A stretch of DNA of 64,000 bases from contig NC_043011.1 in NCBI RefSeq assembly GCF_006345805.1, forward strand, positions 40,994,464 to 41,058,463, written 5' to 3'. Below are positions 53,241 to 64,000 of this stretch, piece after piece; the first letter of the stretch is position 1, and each line of letters begins with the position of its first letter. The notes beneath the pieces were generated by a model. It ran no database searches. It was given only the letters and a program-made list of their open reading frames with translations, and was not told where the DNA came from. This DNA comes from Octopus sinensis (taxonomy: Eukaryota). Both the position numbers and the translations under genes were made by a program.

Positions 53241-53472
53241 TTATGCTCCCCCACTACTTCTGCTTGTGGTCAGATATGCACATATTGTCAGCCACTAAGG
53301 GACATGCTCAACTGATTAAGGTCAAACAACTGATAAGCAAATCTGTGGTATTGAGCAGAATATTTGCTGTAGCCCATCTTTTAAACCAAGACAAAACAAT
53401 GTGCATGATAACACTTCCAATCAGTTAAGATCAGCAGCCATGAAAGCCACTGCCTGGTACTCTATCAGTTCA
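53241..53472 (-). mobile_element. Family D element, 5' part
   Basis: Reverse complement of 21100-21340; followed by (ATT)n at 53480-53558. Confidence 0.75.
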
Positions 53473-53485
53473 TTTATTTTTATTA

Positions 53486-53558
<73 letters not shown>

Positions 53559-53602
53559 CCTTTGAATTTCAAAGAATATTTATGTTTAAACTATTTCTAC
53601 AG

Positions 53603-53779
53603 TCTGTCGTTTCAGAAATTTCCCATCAATATGAGCCACCTTCCGAACCCCCACCACCACCACCACCACCTTCACCTCACGCTTCAACAGGAAGTAGAAC
53701 CACCGACATTACAACTTCATTACCATCCATCATACAAGCAGAAAGGCTAACTAACGCGAAGCTTTTCAGGAATTATTAA
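53603..53779 (+). CDS. Candidate terminal exon, proline-rich (SVVSEISHQYEPPSEPPPPPPPPSPHAS...KLFRNY*)
   Basis: Acceptor TATTTCTACAG, open frame to TAA; the poly-Pro comes from a (CCA)n run; no homology recognised. Confidence 0.25.
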   Translation, partial: SVVSEISHQYEPPSEPPPPPPPPSPHASTGSRTTDITTSLPSIIQAERLTNAKLFRNY

Positions 53780-54194
53780 GCCTATTAATACCCAAGAGTT
53801 TTACAATTTGACTGATTTTGAGAGAACGGAAGATAAAGAGGAAAGTTTGTTCAATTGTCTTCAGAATCTATTAGATTCTATAACAGACCAGCTGCTTTCC
53901 TGCATCCATTTCTGACGTTTTCACGGCAAATCTTGCTGTCGGTCAGTGAAGTCTGTATCTGACTGAAGTGTGAGGAATTTTGCGATTGGAAGATTCTGTT
54001 CTGTTCAGTTGTAGAGTTCAGTAAATGAAGGTGGGAGATTTTACACGTCTGACCAACAATATACATACATCACTACAGCGGTACTTGCTTCCATGTGTGC
54101 GTGTACGCGTGTGTGTGTAGACACGTTACCGGCATGAGTATCTGCGCACAGAGATATATGAATGCATGCCTACATATTTACGTCGATGCATATA

Positions 54195-54311
<117 letters not shown>

Positions 54312-54516
54312 CATATATATATATATGTGTGTGTATGTGTATATATATTATATATATATATATATATATATGCATATATATATACATATATATACACATA
54401 TACACATACATATATATGCGTATATCTATATGTATGTATATAAGTATCTATCTATGCACACATATATATGTATGTATTAATATATACATACATGTGTGTG
54501 TGTATGTATGTGTATG

Positions 54517-54550
<34 letters not shown>

Positions 54551-54626
54551 GAGTGGAAGCAAAAAGAAATAGACAGATAAATAGATAGATAGATAAATAG
54601 ATAGATAGATAGATAGAGAGATAGAG

Positions 54627-54657
<31 letters not shown>

Positions 54658-54664
54658 TAGACAT

Positions 54665-54789
<125 letters not shown>

Positions 54790-55951
54790 TGTTTCTTCAT
54801 TAGCCACACAGGGCAGCACACAGACGGGGCAGATTACAAAGTAGAGCTTTTCTTTTTTGGGGAAAAAAAGGTGGGGTAGGTATTCGATCAAAAGGGATCG
54901 TAAAAGGGAAAGAAGAAAAAAAAAGAAAAAAAGGAAAAGAAACGAAAGAAAAAAACGATCAATAGGGATCGTGTGTCAAAGTGTCATGATGTAAGGTGTA
55001 AAGGGGGAAGCAGATAAGGTTTATCCGTGGGAAAAAAAGCCTACGGAAAAGACCACGGTAACCTCGGTCAATATTGTTACATGTTACCACATTTGTTTGC
55101 AAGTAGGTAACCCTCCGTTTTAAATTTCCGGGTTCATAGGATTATGCTCAAGGTGGCTTCGTCATTCATACGTGCCGTCCTTGCAACATTCACCCATCTT
55201 TTTTAAAACATTCGCTAAACAAAACTTGCCTCTCTACTCTCACTTTCCTTTTCAAGTGATACTTGAAGAAGTTGATGAGAGATTCACCAGAGAGGAAAGT
55301 GTTTATCTCCAATCCTTTCAGACGCGTCCACCAGATACATTCTTTCGCCATACCCACAAGGATGATGAAAATAGCTCTTCCTTCCCGTTTGAAGGAAGGA
55401 GGCGTGACAATATTGACGATAGACTCGGCTGATAAACCGACTCGTCCCACACGTAACAGCAGTTGTTCGACATAAGCCCACATCTCGGGCAGGTCGGCCC
55501 CGTGTTTCTCGAGCCATGTCTGTTGAGCTTATCTCGAACGGGTAGCGCTTCTCGGTAGCACTGCCAGGCCAGTGATCTCTGGAAGTTGTCCATGGGCCCT
55601 GGCCCGAAAGTCGTCCTGAACAGGCGGTTAAGGTATTCCTCGTCGATGTCCAGGTTCACCCCGAGCTCGTCGTCGTACCTCCCCTCCACTAATCCCCTAT
55701 AGAATGCTTGGGTTGTGTTGAAATCACTCAAGATCGACCCGAGACGGCATAGTTGCTTGAGAGCAACGCGACACTCGCGGTGCCATTCGCCCTTCCTCGG
55801 CCTCTTTTTAATCCGCGACTGCAGTTCGGTCATGGAGTCGAGTTGCGGGAAAGCGTGCCTCACAAACGGCGACCACACCTGTTCACCGTCGTCTACGTAG
55901 AGCCTGAGATGTCGCAGTCTCAGCGCGTGTCTGCGCATCATAAACCACGGC

Positions 55952-55952
<1 letters not shown>
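54790..55952 (-). mobile_element. Tx1-like copy 4, 5'-truncated, (GATA)n on both sides
   Basis: ORF2 C-terminal region (MRRHALRLRHLRLYVDDGEQVWSP...TGPTCPRC); flanks 54560-54789 and 55953-56050 are GATA-type repeats. Confidence 0.92.
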
Positions 55953-56050
<98 letters not shown>

Positions 56051-56151
56051 CAGACAAAGAAATTTGCCGTAAAAATTTCATATATATATATTTGAAGTGG
56101 TGTTTTTGATGTCCATTCTTCTCATATGTTTAATTCACATAGTATATATAT

Positions 56152-56310
56152 TTCTTTATTACCCACAAGGGGCTAAACATAGAGGGGACAAACAAAGACA
56201 AAGTATTAAGTCGATTATATCGACCCCAGTGCGTAACTGGTACTTAATTTATCGACCCCGAAAGGATGAAAGGCAAAGTCGACCTCGGCGGAATTTGGAC
56301 TCAGAACGTA
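56152..56310 (-). mobile_element. SINE family B, partial
   Basis: Same body as 9819-10053. Confidence 0.8.
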
Positions 56311-57065
56311 ATAGTATATAGTCGTAATGCTGACTACCAGTTAACGAGTTGTGCGCTGTCAATGACTCAATAGATTACTTAGATGAACTAAAATTGCACT
56401 ACCAAAGTTTATACATACATACATACATACATACATACATACATACATACATACATACATACATACATAAATATATGCATATATACGTACATACATACAT
56501 ACATACATGCATGCATACATACATGCATACATACATGGATGCGTGCATGGATATAGTGTCATATTGCAGTATTCGTTAGAATCTAGTTATTTCAACGTGT
56601 GTGACGCAAGGAAAGGTCGGGTACTGGGCGTATAATACTCAGGAACAATTAACGCTATTGTTAGCTGGGTGTATGTTGTAAGTGCGCATATATACATCTA
56701 TACGTCTATCTATATATAAGTACACAGAAATAATGTATATATACACGTTGGTACACGATTAGTACAAACTGTAGATGGTTTCCTATGCAGTGTGTGTATA
56801 AAAGAACTACAAATGGGGTTCAAAATACCCAACAGCTGTTTCGGCACCATTTTATGGATGAATTCTGAGACAAGCTAACTAGTGGGTAGTGTAGGTTGGT
56901 GAGCAAGTCATTATATCTTCCGACTTATCTGTTTCTTTGTTCAAAATCTCTTGAAGATGGCGGATTTTTGCCACGATGTAATATGAGAGTGCCGAAACGG
57001 CTGTTGTGAAATTTTGAACTTCATTTGTGTTCTACTTTTATACATACATACATACATACATACAT

Positions 57066-57100
<35 letters not shown>

Positions 57101-57117
57101 TACATACATACATACAT

Positions 57118-57152
<35 letters not shown>

Positions 57153-57430
57153 TACATACATACATACATACATACATACATACATGCATACATGCATACA
57201 TACATACATACATACATACATACATACATACATACATACATACATGTATACAAATACATACACGCATACACATGCACATAGACACACACATACATTCATA
57301 CTCTCTCTGATTCTCTCACACATACACATACACACATGCTCTGTCACACATGCTCTCTCTTTCTCACACTCACTTTCTCATATACATACACACACTTTTG
57401 CGCTCTCTCTCACTCTTTCTCTCTCCTTCT

Positions 57431-58698
57431 CTATCTATATCTCGCGCATACACATACATACATCAAAATGGTGTCGAAAAAGAAAGTGGAAAGAGAGAAA
57501 GACAGCTGTCTGAGTGTTAGAAGATATTTCCATTGGTGAGAGAGAGAGAGAGAGATTAAGGTGGAGAGACATTGAGAAAGAGGGAGAGAGTATGACATGA
57601 GAAAAAGACAGAGAAATGGTAAAGAGGAAGTGTGAGCAGAAGGCAGACTGAGAACAAGTAGTATCAAAGGTAAGGAATGGAACACGAGACCTCCAGAAGA
57701 AACAAAAGAGATGGGGTATAGGTATGAAGAAGAAAATGCGAAAGAGACGAGGAAGAGAAGAGGGAGATCTGAGTAGGGAAATGTTGGAAAATGAGATGGG
57801 AGAGAGATGGGGGGAATAATATAGCGATGTAAATACCGCATAGATAGATAGAGAGGAAGAGAGAGAAAGAAAATGAGGTGGGGAGAGTAAATGGAGAAAA
57901 TAAAGTGAAGGAGAAAGGAAGAAAGATAGATAGGTAGATAGATAAATAGAAAAAAAGACAGAGAGAGAGAAAGAGAGAGAGGGGAGAAAGTAGAGTGAGG
58001 AAGATAAATTGATAGAAAGACAGACATAGATAGACAGAGAGAAAGAGAGTGGAAAAAGAGAAAATGGAAGTTGAATAAAGAGAAGTAAATATCGCATAGA
58101 AAGATAGAGGGATAAAGAGAGAGAGAGAGGGGGGAGGGAATGAAAAAGGGAGAGTGTATGTGTGTGAATGGAGAAAATAGACACAGAGAGAGGGGGAGAA
58201 CGAAGCTAGGAAGAGAGAAAGATATGGTAGTGATAAAAGAGGCATAAAATAGAAGACGTTATAGACTATAGATTAAAAAAGTAAATAACAAAATAAATAA
58301 ATAACAAATATAAATAAACAACTCTGACATTACATGATTAAAAAACAAGACAATATTAAACAAATATTTTTTTTTAAAAAAACCTAAAAAAATGAACATC
58401 AATCCAAGACGAACAAACAAAATATTCTAAACTTTCGCCATACGAGATGGTGTCGTCTGCTTCTTTACATAATTTTCCCTCCATTTTGCTCTTCATAATA
58501 TTATTGTCGCTGTTTTTACTCGAGTGACGAAAAGAGAATAAAAAGCAAAAGAGACAAAAAATTTTAAAAAAACAAGCCAATTGGAAAAACATATTCGGAG
58601 GAAAAATGGTTGCGTTTTAATCCAATTGGTGTTGGTTTTACTTATTCATGATTTATAAGTATCTTCTACTAGTCATTATTTTTGATCTCACCCCCGTC

Positions 58699-58732
<34 letters not shown>

Positions 58733-58974
58733 TTTCTTTTTTTCTTTCACACTCTCTTTCTTTCGTTCTTTTCTTTCATACACTTTCTTTCTTTTTTCTT
58801 TCTTTCTTTCTTTCTCTCACTCTCTCTCACTCACCCTCTTTCTTTCTTTCTTTCTTCTTTCTTTCTTTCTTCCTTTCTTTTTTTCTTTCACACTCTCTTC
58901 TTTCGTTCTTTTCTTTCATACACTTTCTTTCTTTTTTCTTTCTTTCTTTCTTTCTCTCACTCTCTCACTCACCC

Positions 58975-59020
<46 letters not shown>

Positions 59021-59362
59021 TTTCACACACTCTATCTTTCTTTCTTTCTCTCTCTCCCACTCTTTCTCTCTCTTTCTCTCACTCTCTCACTCACTCTCTT
59101 TCTTTATTTCTTTCTTTCACAGTCTTTCTCTCTTTCTTCCTTTCTTCCTTTCACACTCTCTCTTTCTTTCTTTCTCTCTCCCACTCTCTCTCTTACTCTC
59201 ACTCTCTCACTCTCTCTCTTTCCCTCAACCCTCTTTCTTCTCTCTATCTCCATGTTTTTTTTTCCTTTTCTCCTTTCTCCTATTTCTCTGTCGCTCACGT
59301 TGTTGTATTCTCTCTTTTTTATGATCTCATATCTTATACTCTATCCTTCTGCCGGATATCTG

Positions 59363-59442
<80 letters not shown>

Positions 59443-59543
59443 TCTCTCTTTTTTATGATCTCATATCTTATACTCTATCTTTCTGCCGGATATCTGTCTA
59501 TCTATCTATCGATTTATCTATCTATCGCTCTATCTATCTATCG

Positions 59544-59575
<32 letters not shown>

Positions 59576-59600
59576 GCCTATCTGTCTTTTTGTCAGTTTG
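57431..59600. repeat. Purine-rich (57431-58245) and pyrimidine-rich (58690-59340) low-complexity tracts, then (TATC)n with a duplicated unit of about 65 bp
   Basis: Direct reading; the unit at about 59305-59365 is repeated at about 59440-59500. Confidence 0.85.
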
Positions 59601-60120
59601 TTTATCTATCTGTCTGTCAGTTTGTCTGTCTGTTTACGTGCCTATCTCTCTACTTATCTTTCTACATTTATATGTACATATATATACATACGGCTGCACA
59701 TTTATTTTCAATCGCTGCAATTGTTTCTGCGCAACGTAGTTCTCCAGGTGTTCAGATACTTCATTATGGAACCATTCCCCGCATTATGAGATCTAGTTGT
59801 GTTTCCTCAGGTGATATGTAAATATTGTTTCCTTAAGTTCAATTCCTCGGGTTCAAGAGCATCCTCTGTGTCTGTCGTGGCCGAGAATTTGAACTTACGG
59901 AGTCAATATTTAAATATCACATAATGCAGGTAAATAGTTGTATAATCAGGTAGATAGATGTAGATAGATAGATAGCTATGTAATTGTATATTTATACATA
60001 TATATACACATTTATATATATTTACACATATACAAAACTATCGGTTCTAAATTGCGAATAACTACCTTAATAATTTGTGTGTGTGTGCGTGTCTGTGTGT
60101 GTGTATATGTGTGTGTTTGA

Positions 60121-60475
60121 TTAATGATAGAGACGGAAGATAGAAGATACGAGAATGTTTGTTGATCACTGGGACACTGAACATCTGGCTTAGGTGTGTC
60201 CGTTGGTGTAGATGTTTCTCCTCAGGTGATTACAAGATGTACCCTGTTAAAATAACGTCAGTTCCACAAGACTTCTTTTTAGTATGTGTTTATAAAAGCA
60301 GAAAATTAAGGGATACAGCTAGATGGGTCAAAACAATCGTAGTGATTAATAAACATCCTCGTATCTTCCATCTTCCGTCATTAACCAAATACTCTCATTA
60401 ACCAAATACCCAACGGACACTGAGAAAGTGAACGTGTTTTACGGGTAAACTACCAGGTGTATAACATATGATTAA
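60121..60475. mobile_element. Foldback/MITE family E, second copy
   Basis: Arms 60121-60170 and 60341-60384; the right arm continues to about 60475 as the reverse complement of 29812-29880. Confidence 0.65.
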
Positions 60476-60525
60476 TTAACTAACGTGTGTATATATATAT
60501 ATAAATAATATATATATATATATAT

Positions 60526-60556
<31 letters not shown>

Positions 60557-60654
60557 GGAATCCAAACAATGAAGAAGAAACAAGAAAAAACAATAACACG
60601 AGGACGTGGTACAAGTACTGTATTATCAGATGCTCAGGAAAGGGAGGAAAGAGG

Positions 60655-60689
60655 ATTTAACGTTTCGAGCCAAGCTCTTCTTCAGAAAT
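60655..60689 (-). ncRNA. Minimal type I hammerhead ribozyme fold with intact core
   Basis: ATTT-CTGAAGA-A-GAGC(ttg)GCTC-GAAAC-GTT-AAAT: canonical CUGANGA and GAAA, cleavage triplet GUU, palindromic AACGUU helix III. Confidence 0.7.
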
Positions 60690-61042
60690 AGAGGAAAGTC
60701 CAAAAGAAGGGAAGACGGAGAAAGAAAGCCATCGAAGATACACATGCGGTATATACATTATCGATATATATATTATATATTATATATATAATATATATAT
60801 TATATAAATTTTATAATTATGAGTTGTTGAGTATTGCTGTCTGGGAGATTTTCTTATGATAGCGAAATACTTAACTGCTATTTCTAAATTTCGGTATGTG
60901 GTGAAGCAAATTTTTGCTGAACCCTAATTATAATTATACTCATAATTATAAAATTTTTGTTCAAGTTTACCGATAATGGTTATTTAACATACTGAACTAC
61001 TTAGTAAAATTATTAATTATTAACTAATTAATTAATTATACC

Positions 61043-61090
<48 letters not shown>

Positions 61091-61093
<3 letters not shown>

Positions 61094-61265
61094 GAGAGAG
61101 TTTACGAAAAAAACAAAGACGAAGACAGGTGGTGTACAAAACAAACATATATATTAGTAAAACGCTCAGGAATAGAAAAAGTCTTTTACGTTTCGAGCCT
61201 ACGCTCTTCTACAGAAAGAAACACAGAAAAAACAAGGAGAGAAACAAGGAGAGAAAAAAAGGAGA
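61091..61265 (-). mobile_element. Third copy of the short hammerhead-like element (core CUGUAGA at about 61209-61215)
   Basis: Reverse strand reads TCTTT-CTGTAGA-A-GAGC(gtag)GCTC-GAAAC-GTA-AAAGA; abuts (TA)n at 61028-61091. Confidence 0.75.
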
Positions 61266-62249
61266 GGAAAAAAAGGAGAGAGAAGAAAGGAGAGATGTAT
61301 ATATATATATATACATATAAGCGACAGGCTTCTTTGAGTTTCGTCAGCTCAAGGCTATAGTAGAAGATATATGCCTTAGTTGCTGCATAGTGACTGAACC
61401 CAAGGCCGTATGGTTCGGAAGCAAACTCCTTGACAAAGGGTCCACTATTCTAGTACTTCACCGGTCTATCCGATGTAACAGCTTAGTGTCCTGAGGTTTG
61501 CAGCTTTACTAAATGAAACCATGGGCTAAGAAGTAGTGTTTGACGTGGCCCCGTGATGTATCTGCCACCAAGAAAAGAGGAACGGTCGGTGTTTACACCA
61601 TAAACAGCAAGAAAAAACACAGCAGCAGTTTTATAAACAACAATGTCTCGGTAAGGACGGGGTAACACGACACACTGTATGATAACGACTAGGGTGGTGG
61701 TGATGGTTGTGGTTGTGGTTGTGGTTGTGGCAGTAGCTGTGATGGTGGTGATAATGATGAGGATAAGGATAATCATGATGTTGGTGATAGTGTTGATGAT
61801 GATAGTGATAGTGGTTTTTGATGGTGATGGGTTCTAGTTGCGGTGGGGAAGGTGGTGGTGAGAATGAAAATAAAGAAACGGGTGCTCTATGGTGCCAAGA
61901 ATGTAGAAAGATTACTCGATATATTTTAGACAAATAACTGAGAGTAAAGAAGTAAATATGTATACATGTGAGTGTATATATGTATGTATGTATATATAAT
62001 ATATATATACACACACACATACATGTATAAGTATATCGATACATACATACAAATATATATTATTATATGTACATACATGCATAAATATTATATGTATATA
62101 TATATAAATATACATATATATATATATATATTATATATATATATGTATATCTATCTATGTGTATATATGTGTGTGTGAGTGTGAGTATACATATATGTAT
62201 ATATATATATATGTGTTGTGGTGTGTGTGTGTGTGTGTGTGTGTGTGTA

Positions 62250-62430
62250 TCTATTATATAAAATCCGTTCTGTCTATCTGTGTGTGTGTCTTCTAGGATC
62301 TCGGGCATCCTCCATCCGATTGCGCTCAAATTTGATATGTAGATACCGACAGTATCAGGGCGTGTATATAAGTCTTGAAAAAATTTACAAGAATCGATTC
62401 CAGGTGAGAATGCGATCGATAAAACCGTGG
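62250..62430 (+). mobile_element. Probable non-autonomous Helitron 5' end
   Basis: A/TCTATTATATAAAA followed by a TG run and CCGATTGCGCTCAAATTTG, a layout common at invertebrate Helitron 5' ends. Confidence 0.4.
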
Positions 62431-62737
62431 GAATGCGCATTTGTATGCGCAAGTACATCAGTTGTTGCGATCGATACTACGCGTACACGAGAAAAATGCA
62501 CGTGCAGTTTGCGTAAAAAAAGCCGGCTGACTTGAAATAATGCCACAAAATGCAATATATTTAAGAAACCAAAAAAGTAAGATGCAAAAAAGATATTTTC
62601 TTCAAACTTAGCATGAAGGAAGGAAAGACTATTTGGCTTCTCATGAAGTTTTTTTTCTTTTAGCCTTAACTTATATATATATATATATATATATAACTTA
62701 TATATATATATATATATAACTTATATATATATATATA

Positions 62738-64000
62738 AGTCAAATGGCCCAATGTCAGATGGCCCGAGGGCCTTTCTCTCCCAGGAATGACAAGATGTGA
62801 ACGAGGACAGGCGAGGTCCCTCCTGAACCTCATCAACACCCTGTACATGGAGCAGGTAATACTCCAACCAACCAGGGCAGGTAACACACTGGATCTCTGC
62901 TTCACAAATGACATGGATCTCATCCATAATGTGAAAGTGACACCGACACTACTCTCGGATCACAACATGATAGAGCTGACCATGTACGGGCCAAAAGAGA
63001 GCACGGACATGCAGCCTACAAGAAACCCTCAAAATCTTTCCAGCTTGAACTACCATAAGGCAAACTGGAAACAAATTGAGAAAGAGATCCTCAAACAAAA
63101 CTGGCCTAAATGTCTCTCCTCGCCAGACATCGACGTGAAACTTCAACAATTCATGTCTGTAATGCAAGCCATATGCTACAAATGTGTCCCAGAGAGAAAG
63201 GCCACTGTACACAAGAACAAAATCCCCAGAGAGAGGAAAATTTTAATGAGACGGCGTACGAAATTTTCAAATCACCTAAACAAACAGATTGAAAGCAGTG
63301 AAAAGTCCCGCCTAAAAATAAAACTGTTGGAAATCGAAAAATGTCTGCACTCTCCCATGAAAAAGAAAGAGCAGACAAAGAAGCCTGGGCTATAGAAAAC
63401 ATAAAATCTAACCCCAGCTTTCTACAGTATGCCAAAGAACAGCTACAGTGCACTGTAGAATAGGGCCACTCCTCGAAAAGGATGGCACACTTACAGGAAA
63501 ACCATGAGGGTAAGTGAAATACTGAATGAGCAATTCAAGAGTGTTTTCACTCCACCCCTTGGAATCTCCAAATCACCAATCCAACTGACTTTTTTACCAC
63601 TGCAGATATAAAATCAGAGGCGGCGACGATAGATTACATCGATATAAAGAAGACGATGTACCAAGGCTATAGATGAAATGAAAACAGACTCAGCTACTGG
63701 CCCCGATGGATTCCCGGCAATCCTCCTAAAAGCATGTAAGAGAGTCCTAGCAAGACCACTGCAGTTCCTCTTTTCAGAGCTTCCTTGCAACTGGTAAACT
63801 CCCAAGAAAACTGAAGGAGGTAAAATATGCCCTATTCATAAGGAGGTAGCAGAGCGGAGGCCAAGAACTACAGACCTATCTCTGACCTCACACATCAGCA
63901 AGGTCATGGAACGAATAGTCAGAAGGAAGCTGATCACCTTCCTTTAAGAGAATGACTTGCTGCCCGACACCCAACATGGTTTCCGACCAGGGAGAACGTT
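62738..64000 (+). mobile_element. CR1/L2-group LINE ORF2 fragment (APE C-terminus to RT), frameshifted, runs off the window
   Basis: QPTRAGNTLDLCFTN...LSDHNMI...NYHKANW; then TGPDGFPAILLKAC...CPIHK...KNYRPIS...SKVMERIV...QHGFRPGR. Confidence 0.88.

Noticed and set aside
58648-59739. 363-aa and 258-aa ORFs, and the minus-strand ORFs at 57431-58245
   Set aside because: (CTTT)n, (CT)n and (TATC)n low-complexity translations.

Overview
AT-rich, repeat-dominated eukaryotic DNA with one 100-N scaffold gap (39549-39648). The SINE set and the extreme microsatellite density suggest an octopus or other coleoid cephalopod; that assignment is inference. No host protein-coding gene can be called with confidence, only two weak exon candidates. 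Nearly all long ORFs in the track are translations of simple repeats. The window is a mosaic of decayed mobile elements. These are four L1/Tx1-type LINE copies, three R4/Dong-type RLE fragments, two RTE fragments, a CR1-like LINE, a Penelope-like remnant, an ORF1-only (HAL1-like) element, five mariner pieces, Helitron termini, three tRNA-derived SINE families and several foldback elements. Main patterns worth follow-up: (1) Every visible Tx1-type junction is with a (GATA)n array, always in the same orientation and with an identical 3' junction, suggesting a GATA-microsatellite-specific retrotransposon. (2) Short non-coding elements next to microsatellites carry minimal type I hammerhead ribozyme folds. 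(3) Different element families appear to partition different microsatellites (GATA, TAA, TA). (4) A SINE trimer is bracketed by a single target-site duplication. (5) There are many long, near-perfect inverted repeats.
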